This document shows positions 25,251 through 35,999 of a stretch of DNA of 64,000 nucleotides, piece by piece. A program made the translations under genes and the position numbers. The stretch's first letter is position 1. Each line of letters starts with the position of its first letter. Source of the DNA: Nageia nagi (Eukaryota; Plantae; Pinophyta); contig JBITNC010000001.1 of assembly GCA_050084985.1 (NCBI GenBank), positions 176,018,001-176,082,000 of the forward strand. The letters are read 5' to 3'. Below the pieces are notes generated by a model. The model made no database searches, was not told the DNA's origin, and saw only the letters and a list, made by a program, of their open reading frames with translations.

Positions 25251-27810
25251 CACCTTATTACTCCTTCAAACTCAAAAGTAAACCAATAATGAACTTCAAC
25301 TTGAAATAAAAGATGTAATATTTTTCAAAAAATACCTTTTCAAGTTATATGAACCTCCTCAAAGATTCAAAATTTGAAGTTAGGACCAAGAGATGCCCAA
25401 TGAATTACTAGAAGGATGAGATAGGGATCCAAGATTCCCAATGACTTGTTCTAAGCATCTAGGTCCTCCAAAATTCCTTTGAAATGAACACTTTGATGCT
25501 AGGTCAAATCCACTCTTTAGCATAACAATAATATTTTTCATAAATAGCACTATGATATGGTAGAATATCATAATGAATCATATATAGCTCTTTCAATTCC
25601 TCCAACAATCACCTTTAGCAATAACTTCTCAAATCTCACTCAAAAATAAGGGCAAGATCTCTAACTTCACTTTAGCAAATCTCTTGTGTATGATACCATT
25701 GTAATGTGGGTATCTTAATCTTTACACTCTCTTCAACTTCAACTCAAGCCCTCTATGAATTATGCCCTTGATTCCCAACAAGATGATGGAATCAAGACTC
25801 TAATACCATTGTGATCAGCTATTTTTGGGATCACTCCTCAAACATGCCTTAGAAGAGGGATGTTTGGCTTCTAGCTATCAAACTATCCAAAGCAAGCTCA
25901 AAATACACCAAATATATCAATAATTTTATAAAAAGACAAAAGATGACTTCTAACTCACAAAAATGCCTCTTGATCCAACATCCAACTATGAAGATCAAAA
26001 CACAACATTCAAGAGTGCAATTCCTCCATTATTCCATTGTCTCAACCTAAAAGAAAAATATAACTTGATAATACCAAATTACTCCAAAAATCCAACATTT
26101 AGATTGGAATGTAAAAGATGAGTTCAAACATGTGAAATATCCCTAGTAATCCAACATTGCAAATGGGAAGCAAGAAGTCCAAAAACTCTTCCAAACCTCT
26201 AAAATTTGGCCAAAAATAGACCTAGAATACCAAACTATCTTTAAAATAACCCTTGGTATGCTATGGTTTGCTTCAAGATGATCTTAAAATGCAAATTAAT
26301 CTTCAATAATGCTCTTAAACTACTAATGTATGGTTTATGAGACCCTCAAGATGTAAACAATCCTTCAAAATAGCTTCAATATGCTAATGTTTAACCTCAA
26401 GTGGTCTCAAAAAGCATAATAGACCTCAAAATTCCTCTAAATTACCAAAATCCACTTAGAAATTGCCCCAAAATGTAATAGAAGTCTCAAAATTCTCCCA
26501 GTTGGCCAACATCCTCCTTTAGGTGGCCTTAGAATGTAGAACCAACCTTCGAAAAGTACTTAAATCACTAATTTTTTCCTCCTAGAGAGAGTGAAATGTA
26601 AAAATATGCTCAAAAATACCCTTAGTAGTGCAATGTCTAGCCTCTAGTGACCAAAAAATGATATGTCTAAGCCTCATATGGTCCTAGAATGTAGCTTCAA
26701 GCATAAAAACCCTCTTAGAATACCAATGTTTAACTTCTAATGGTCCCAAAATGCATTTTTAGGTATTGAAATGCCCTCAAAATACCAACGTTCTAGTTAT
26801 AGGACCCTCAAAATGCTAAGTGAGCTATAAAATATCTTTTAGAACACCAATGTCTAGCCACATATGGGCTTAGACTCTCCAATCACACCTTATTCCTCCC
26901 TCAAACTCAAAATTAAATTGATAATGAACTTTAACTTGAAATAAAAGATGTAAATTTTTTTAAAAATTATCTTTTCAAGTTGTATGAACCTCCTTGAAGC
27001 TTCAAAATTTGGAATTAGGGAAAATAGATGCCCAACAACTTACTAGAAGGATGAGATAGGGCTCCAATATCCCCAATGACTTGTTCCAAGTGCTCAAGTC
27101 CTCCGAAATTACTTTGAAATGATCACTGTGATGCTAGGTCAACTCCACTCTTTAGCAAAATAATAAAAACTCTTTGTAAATAGCACTATGATATAACTAA
27201 CTATCACAATGAGTCTTCTAAAGCTTCTTCGACTCCTCTAGCAATCATATTAGGTAACAACTCCTCAAATCTTACTTGACAACAAGGTAAAGATTTCCAA
27301 CTTCACTTTAGCAAATCTCCCATGTATGATACCTATATGATGTGAATATCCCAATCTTTGCACTCTCTTTAACTTCAACTAGAGTCCTCCTTTAATGATG
27401 CCATTGATTCAATAGGATAGTAGAATCAAGACTTTGATACCACTATGATGAGCTATTTTCAGGCTCACTCCTCAAACATGTCATAGGAGAGGGACATTTG
27501 GATTTTGGTTATCAAATTAACCAAAATAAGATCAAAATGCACCAAATAAATCAACAACTTTATAAAAAGGCAAAATATGACTTTGAACTCACAAAAATGC
27601 CTCTTGATCCATCATCCAATAATGAAGAGAAAATATAATATTCAAGCATGTAATTCCTCCAATCTTCCAACATCTCAACCTAGAAGCAAAATAATAACTT
27701 GATAATAATAAATTAATCCATAAATCCAACATTGAGATTGGAATGCAAAATGTGAGTTCAAACATGCAAAATATCTGTAGTAATCCAATATTGCAAATGG
27801 GAAGCAATAA
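24622..27810. repeat. Tandem duplication inside element B, spanning leader, PBS and ~365 bp of LTR
   Basis: 24622-26175 recurs as ~26176-27810, with a second PBS/LTR junction (25810 versus 27444). Confidence 0.85.
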
Positions 27811-28633
27811 CATGAGTTCATTAATGCAAAATACTCTTCAAAACCAACATCCAAGCATAGGGAGATATATTACAAGATTTTGATAATAAAAAGTAACTGT
27901 ATTGATAAGTAAATATAAATTATAATTACAATATTTTTGCCAACATATGGAGTTTGTACTAGGACTATCTCCTATATGGTTATTTCAGATGGCTTCAAGG
28001 CATCACCAATCCCAGAAGTGGTAAGGCAAGACCAAGTTTCCTCTATACCAACTATGATAAAACTAGTAGCATTCCTCTCAAGATGGTTCAAGTAAGTTCA
28101 AAGGTAGCCTCCTCTCCCTTTGATACCTCAAATGAAGGTCACCCCACAAGTGACTAAGATAGAGCCTCCACTAAATCTAAAAGAAATGGTTTATAATTAA
28201 ATTCAACATATTTGATAGAAAATTAATTTCAAGGATTGAAAATTAATTAATCAATGTGAACATTAATTTTAGAAATGTTTTTTGATAATAAAGGGTAAAT
28301 TATATTATCAAAAAATGGGTTTTAAATTGGATCCCAAAAACTTATCACAAAAATGGTTTCAATGGAGTTGAAACCACTACCCAACTATGACTTAGTGGTA
28401 GGCAAAAAGAAAATAAAAGACAGCTAAAAAACATCTATACCCATAACTAGATATATGCTGAATTACATAAATTAGATAAAGTATAGATTGAAAATAAACT
28501 AGAAACCATATCATTTATAGGATTTTTGGCCTAAATTTGTCTACTTGTAGTTTTGGGTAGAACCATATCTAGTATATACACAAAATGGCATCAATAATGC
28601 ATTATCTATTAAGACTAGTTGGTATGCAAGGAT

Positions 28634-30041
28634 CTAAGCCAATGGTTTGACCTTCAACACCTTAGAAGTCTTATTGTTTGCTTCATGGTTGCTTTCTTCC
28701 ACCATCCTTTTACCTAGGTTTCTCTTATGCTTGGGCTGCATCTTCTCCCTTTTTTCTTCAATATTAGATAGTGGCAATTTAGTAATGGGAGGGTCATTAG
28801 ACTTAGACATTTTTGGAATCTCATAGGTGGTGGGTATATTAGGCATAGGTGATGGAACAAGTAGGGATTGTAGGTGAGGTGTTCCTGGTGTATTACTCAT
28901 AACATCCTCTTCAGGCTAAGGAGGATTCAACTATTTACCATCATCTTTATTGACCTAAATTTCATCATTTGGATGGGAAGGGATAACCTCTTTAGAGTTC
29001 TACTATTAAGGATTAGGATATTTAAAGAATGGGGGAGTGATATCCATATTATGTTGGGGATGAGGGGAAGAGGGTCCAACATCAATATGCATAGCATTAA
29101 CTAAAGTCTCAACCCTCTAGCATTCCTTCTCAATCTTTAGAGTGGCCTCATTTGCATGCTCCTTGGTCATCAAACTTTGAATATAGGAGATTGTATGGTG
29201 GGGATTATCATCTAAAGAGTTAACCTATTTTCTATTGATCAAGTTCCTCTCTTCCATTATATTCTTACTTTACTTCTCTTACTTCTTGCTTGGCTTTGGC
29301 TTCTTTATTTCTAGGCTTGGGGTGGATGATGACTCTTCCTTTCTTTGCTTTTCTTTTCCTTTTCTTAGGGCTTTAGGGGTTGTCTTCTTGGAACTACTAC
29401 CCTTGATAGCTTCACTCAAATTGATCTTCTTACTAAGGGTTTTGAGGAAGGCCTTCTTGTTAAAAAAAGTGATTAAACCTAGATGTCAAAACTATAATTC
29501 CTTTTTATTTTTTACCTATTTAATAGAATCTCTTATCGATTCTGAGAAGAAGAAGGGGAAGTATACACAAAACTCCTCTCCCCAAGTGAAAATGGTTGAG
29601 TAGGAAAATATTAGGGCTAAATATAATTATATATCACCCATCAAGCATTAAATACTTGGTAATCCACCTAACAACCTAATTCCATGGGGCAAGGAGTCTT
29701 TCACAATTGATACCAATGCATTTTTTAACCAAGAATTCCTTTATATTGAAGAAAGCCTACACCTCTTTGGGTATCACCTTTTAATTTCATTTGAGCCTCC
29801 CTTCTAGGCTAAGGGTGTTTGCTTCATCAATGGATTCCATTATGAGGTTGACCTAAATGGTTTCAATTGTGACCTAGCCATTATCAAAGCTATCAATGAC
29901 TTGAGCTTCCAATGATAGATCATATCCCTAGAAATTCAAGATGTAGTGCTCCACTCCTCTATTGCAAAGAATTTTCCAAGCTTAATGGTATTTTTAAATC
30001 TTATGAGATTTTTTGAGCTCCACCATAAAACTCTTCCCCAT
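28634..30041 (-). pseudogene. LINE ORF3: conserved ~200-aa N-terminal domain plus charged/disordered tail, unknown function
   Basis: ATG at 30041: MGKSFMVELK...AWKILCNRGVEHYILNF[Q]GYDLSLEAQVIDSFDNG.VTI...GINCERLLAPWN.VVRWITKYLMLDG.YIIIFSPNIFLLNHFHLGEEFCVYFPFFFSESIRDSIK.VKNKKEL.F.HLGLITFF, then K/E/S/P-rich sequence to the stop at 28634. Confidence 0.75.
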
Positions 30042-30149
30042 GTCACAATAACTAAGACTTATGTTCTTGAAGTCAAGATTGGGATTTGATTTCAAATGAT
30101 ATGAAGAGATGGAGTCATATTAGAGGATTAATAGTGGGGTATAGGTAAT

Positions 30150-33100
30150 TTTTTCTAATTTAGTTTGAAGTTTGCCACCTCTCTCAAGCTCACCTTGGAG
30201 TTTGGTCCTCCCACACTTAGTGTTTCTCTTGTTAGTCCCATCCATTAGGTAGTTAATATGAAAAGGAGGCTCTTGGATTTGTAATGCATCTATGGTCGCA
30301 TCACTCCCCCTATTATCATATTAGAGTGGATGCATCATCTTATTGATGGATTGTCTCCCCCATTAGCATCTGATGTGGATGTTATGAGCTCTAAGAGGAG
30401 CTAGCAATAAAGGTCAAATGACTTCACATTTTTAGTGGGATCCACTTGGATACAATAGTTAATATTTTATTTGAGTAGGTTTAAGCTATGTCTTTAGGTT
30501 TTGATTGGGTTACTACTACATTCCTTGAAGAGTATGTTATTTCTTTCTTTCCATAGCCCTATATAGACATGGGGGATCATTGCCCATATCATCTTGGATT
30601 TCTTATATCTACCTTCTAGTCTCCATTGTTCTATTAGATAGGCTAGGTTCAAAGGTGGAACCCAATGATGATTAAGATTAGAGTTTACCATTTCCTAAAC
30701 CTATATGGCATATTCACAATAGATAAAGATGTGTTCAATGGTTTCTTTAGCATTTTTGTATAGAGAGCAATGATTAGGGAACTACATTCCTTTCTTCTTG
30801 AGCACATCATTTGTATAGATTCTATTAAGCACTTTAGCCTAGAGAAAGCTTGCTATTTTGGGGAATCAAACCTTTCAACCAAACATTAGCCCATATATGA
30901 CTCCTATTTGTTGTGTGTGGAGCATGATTGTTCAAAGTTCTTTATTTCACCTGGATGTATGCCCCAGGAAGTTTGTACACCCCTCCACATGGGGGGTTGC
31001 AGGGGGACTTGTCCCCCCTGCAAGGGTTCAGGGGGGAACATCCCCCCCAGTTGGGGGGTCTAGGGGCCAGCGGTCCCCTGGTGGGGGTTCAGGGGTAGCA
31101 CCCCTGAAGCTAAAAATAGATGTAAAATCATCTTGTAAAAGTATAGTAATTTCTAGTTAATCTGGGCCATTCATTAGGTAAATGATCTAACGGTAGAACT
31201 TATGTTTAGTTTAGGGTTTTTTGCCCTAGATAAAAACCCCTCTCTTTATATGAGTGCATTGTAGTAGATGTGCATTGGTGAGCAGAAATAGAGATGTGAT
31301 ACTGTGAGAGAAAATAGAAGATATTACAATAGATCTACTGTAGGTTGTATTTCTTCACTTTGCTGGATAATAGAAAGGAAGGACTAGTTGTTTGGTGTGG
31401 ACGTAGCCCAAACTGGGTGAACCATGTATATCTATGTCTCTCTTGTTTATGCATTTTCTATGTTTATATTTTTTGCAATATTTTATGTGTTCTATTGCTC
31501 TGTAATATATAATTTTATAACACTATTATCCATGTGATTTTGATTGAGGAAGATGTAGTCAAGTTTTATGGAGTATTCAACTTTATTTCCCTTCTCATTA
31601 ATCCACTAGAGAGAATCCACTTTCTAGGAGGGATATAGGGGGATTTTATCATTTTTCTAAAGAAGTTGATACCTTAATTCAATAATAATGGGAGTCTTAA
31701 GGATTGGAATGTTTGAATGGTTAATACCATCATTATGGGAAATGTAGCCAAAAATCTTAAGCCAATTTTGGTTTTAGCCCAAATTATTAGAGGATATAAC
31801 TCAAGTTGGTCTATAAGGGAAGTGAGGCCTAGCCATTTTTCATCCTAGAATAAAATTATTTGAGCATTATTAACTTCCCAAATAGCTTGGCCATCTATAT
31901 AATCACTTAACTTGACTAATCTATTCTAGAATGAAGATCCTTTGGGGGGATTATATAGAATAAGAAAGTTGTTGACCCCTTCCCTATATTTGTTCTTACA
32001 AATTCTAACCCATTATCTATCTTTGTTTTGGCATATCTTCTGGCCAAGTTTAATATGCATGGCTTGATTGAAATACCTTATATGCTTGATCCCAAGTCCA
32101 CCCTCATTCTTTTTTTGGAAAACCTTCTCCCAATCAACCAAATGCATTCTTCTCTTTTACTCCATGCTAGTCCATATGAATTTTCTATAGATTTGATCTA
32201 TCTTCTCTGCCACTAGGGAAGGGATCTTAAATATGCTTTCCATGTATACATGTATGATTTGGAGGGATGCCTTAGCATGTTGAATCTTCCTAGCCATTAT
32301 GAGTAGAATTCCCTTCCAACTAACCATCTTATGCTTCAATTTGGCTATAACTTTATGCCAAAAGTTGGGTTGAATGCATCCCTCAAAAAGAGACATACCA
32401 AGATAAGTAGTAGGGAGTGATCCTAACTAACATTGGAATATATGAGATGTTCTATTACTTCTCTTAAGTTGTGTATTGAAAAAGAAAATGCTAATCTAAT
32501 CATAATTCACCATTTGATCAGTAATGGTTTCACATTTATCTAAAATGGATTTTAACATTTGGGCTTCCTTGATGCTAGCTTTGCCAATTAGAATAGTGTC
32601 ATAGACAAATTGATAATGAGTGATGGGGAAGTTATTTTGAGATGGTTTTATTCCTCTTAAGATCCTATTCTAGCTAGCTTTCTTAAAGGATCCTCCAAGT
32701 ACTTTGGCCATGATGATAAACAAATAAGATGATAGGGGATCTCCTTACATCAATCCTCTTGACAAGGTGAAGAAAATTGCAGCTTCCCCATTGACAAGAA
32801 CTAAGAAAATAGCTATGGAGATGCATATTTGAACCCGCATCCTCCATTTGTCTTGAAAGATAAGCTTTTCCAACACTTGGTCCAAGAATTTATAAGACAC
32901 CCTATCATAGGCCTTTTGCATATCAAGTTTAATGATCATTGCTTCTTCTTTTGATGCTTTGATAGAGTGTAGAGTTTCATGCATTAAGATAATCCCATTA
33001 GAGATTTATCTATCTCTAACAAATATGTATTGCTTCATGGAGATTATCTTAGGGAGGATATTAGCCAATATTTTAGTGAGTAATTTAGTGATGATTTTAT

Positions 33101-34641
33101 AGATAGTGTTACATATACCAATAGGCCTAAAGTTTTTAAGGTTGGTAGTGCCTTGGACTTTTGGAATGAGACTTAAAAAAGTTGTATTCCAAATTTTAAG
33201 TAGTCTATTATGTCTCTAAAATTATTGAACTATTTTTATTATACCCTCTCTAATAATGCTCCTAAAATGGTGAAAAAATATGGTAGGGAAGCTGTTAGGA
33301 CCAAGAGCCTTATCTTTATCCATCATGAAGATAGTAGTAGTGATTTCCTCCTCTGAGAATGGGGCCTATAATTTTAGGGAGTCTTCTTTTGTAATGAGGT
33401 GGGGGATGTTTTCCAAGAGCTCTCAAGCTACATTCTAATCTTCCTCCAAGGATTTTGTTAGAATGTTTTTATAAAGGGAAATTGCCATATCTTTAATTTT
33501 TGCTTCATCTTTCGTTATGCTCTAATCTTCTTTTTCTAATGTGTTGATTTTATTAAAGTTCCTCCTTAGAGTTGAGATCTTGAAGAATTTAGTATTTTAG
33601 TATCCCTCCTTAATCTAGGATATCCTATATTATTGTCTCCAAAATATTTCCTTCCTTTTGAGAATAATTTGATATTGCTCTCTAAGTGCATTCTCCCTAA
33701 TAGCAATTTTCAAGGATCTACCTTACGTCTGAATGAGGTTTTCAATCTAATCAAGTTCACTTCTTATTTCTTCTTTCTCTCAATCTATATGCTTGAAACA
33801 ATGCATGCTTTAGTATTTTAGGTTTTCTTTTATATTGCTCAATTTCTTCTATAATTAAAACATATTTATCCCCTGTGTATGTATATTACACCATTCCTTA
33901 TTTTGTTCCTCCAATTGGGATGTTTGAGCCAAATGAATTCCAATATAAAATATGCCCATTTTCTAATGTATGGAGATGCTTGAAGTAGAAGGGGCATGTG
34001 GTTAGAGGTTAACTTGAACTAGGCCACCAAAGCATGGTACAAAAACTTTTTGAGCCATGTGGAGGAGCAAACAACTCAATCAAGTTTGGTTTGAATTAGG
34101 GCATCATTAGTCTACATATTATTCTAGGTGAAATCAGTGCCTATAAGATCAAAATCAATCAAATTATTATTATCTAGAAAGTTTTGGATATCTTCCATGT
34201 CATTTTAGTTTTCCCTTCCATTAACAAATTTCTCATAATAGTGGAGAATAGTGTTGAAGTCCCCCATTATAAGCTATGGGATACTAGGGAAGAATTTCCT
34301 ATCCTCTATTAGTAGATAAAAAATCTTTCATCTTACAGCTAAGTTTTTAGGGGCATACAAATTGGTTATGATGAATTCAAAGTTGTCTTTAATGTTATGG
34401 ATTAAGGTATGAATGAATCTTATGGATTAGTTTAAATAAGGGGGATTTCTCAGTCTGACTCCTGCTAGTAGAAATTAGCTTCCTTCCATAATTTCCTCTT
34501 AGTATCGATAATGTTATCCTCTTTCACTTTAGACTCCTAAATTAGAACAATACTAGGCTTCTTATCATACTATATATCCTTAAAAAATATTTATTTTCCA
34601 AGGGTATTGTAGCCACTAATGTTCCATGATAGAATCTTCAT
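30150..34641 (-). pseudogene. LINE ORF2: APE/EEP endonuclease, reverse transcriptase, zf-RVT (degenerate)
   Basis: MKILSWNISG at 34641; GDFN ~34260; SNHMPL ~34000; KALGPNSF; FRPIGICNTIYKIITK; KLDMQKAYDRV; GDPLSSYLF; QFVYDT (YADD-like); HCSLYKNAKETIEHIFIYC; LWKERN. Confidence 0.93.
30909..31522 (+). mobile_element. Solo LTR D (614 bp), probably Ty1/copia, with G/C-rich repeats
   Basis: TGTTG...TAACA termini. Perfect 5-bp TSD CTATT (30904-08 / 31523-27). GTGGACGTAGCCC...GGGTGAACCA motif typical of plant copia LTRs. Retains CpG/CHG sites. Confidence 0.93.
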
Positions 34642-35999
34642 TGAGGGGTAGTAGAGGCCATGTAGCCCCCACTTTGCTCTAGAGTGTGTTACTTCCCATT
34701 GGCTATATCTTGCTTAATCATATTATATCTTACTTCCCTTGATGAAGGTCTCCCTATGTGTGGTTTTCCTACATTAGGATTTTTCTTTATGTTTAGGATA
34801 TTCCTTGATGGTATTTTAGCCCCTACATTTTTTTGTTGTGTGAGTATAGTTGTGGCTAATCTATCTATATTTTTTACCTTTTTAATAATTCTTCTAATCT
34901 CTCCTTCTTCATCCTTCCCTTTGAATTCTTCATTGACCTCCATATCTATTGCTTCATTTTATGAAAAATTAGTGTTATATTCAATATTTTCTCTATTAAT
35001 TCTTTCTAAGATCCCAAGCATGGCATATTGATTTTTAGTGGTCGTGGAATTCAGGGTTTCCAAATTTTCTTTTCAAGGATTGTTCTAGGTTTGTTTTGGT
35101 GCTCCATTCACATTTCTAGTAGTCTTCACTTTATTTCTCCCTCCTTTTCTTTTTTACATTATTTTCCATTCATTTCTCTCATTTCTATTGGTAATATTAA
35201 TTTTCTCTTAGTTATTCATCTCTTCATTCCTGATTTTTTTCTATGCATAATATTTTGCATAGTGATCAAAGCTCTTACAAATATTATATTGGACTAGGAG
35301 GTTTTCATAAAGAATTTATTGGACGCAAATTCTTTCATATTCTAGTTTGATCTCAATTTCTTTCTTGAGGGGTTTAGAGATATCGATGTTAGCTATAAAT
35401 CTTGCATTTGTCAGTTTCTATCTTAATTGGGTAGCTCTCTTAATAGTGACTAATGTTCCAACATCTTTGGTGATCCTTACTATCACACTTGAATACCAAC
35501 AATATGTGTGTAATCTAAGTAGTGAGACCCAAGTGGGTATCAGATTGAATTTTTCAAACTTAGGAGTAAAATATTTATCCCAATGTTTGATGATAAGCCC
35601 CTTTTTACCAAGGAACCATGGTCCAAGTTCTATCACTTTTTGAAGATCTTCCTCAAATTGAAATTTAAAGATCAAGAATTTTGTTGGGAGCATAATTAAA
35701 GATAGTAACCATTTGTTCTTCCATCATTCCTTTATCCAATTTTTGATAAGTTCAATTAGGGGTATTACTCCTAGAAATCTTTTGATCAATGCATGATGTA
35801 AATTGCTTTCACCAACTTCTATAATATAATTAAGAATAGTGATACTTACCCTTTCTTTTGAAAAATCAAGTTCTATAATTTTGCTTATGGCTACTTCCAT
35901 AAATGGTTTTTTTAGAAGAAGCATACTTCTCCATTCTCTTGGAGGTTTTGGGTCTAGTTTCATTCGATCCTTATTCATAGCATTACTTTTATCATTCAA
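34638..35999 (-). pseudogene. LINE ORF1 (DUF4283 plus zinc knuckle), degenerate
   Basis: FQFEEDLQKVIELGPWFLGKKGLIIKHW, PTWVSL, YENLL..ICKSFDH, GRPS. The ORF1 stop overlaps the ORF2 start (ATGA at 34641-34638). Confidence 0.9.

Noticed and set aside
29235-29603. Hydrophobic plus-strand ORFs (also 34684-35643, 467-709, 50654-50923, 53517-53861)
   Set aside because: Antisense shadows of K/E-rich minus-strand TE frames, not membrane proteins.
30858-31160. 100-aa Gly/Pro-rich ORF
   Set aside because: Chance frame across the G/C-rich repeats of solo LTR D.
30929-31522. Alternative start for solo LTR D at TGTTCAAAG
   Set aside because: No TSD; the start at 30909 gives a perfect CTATT duplication.
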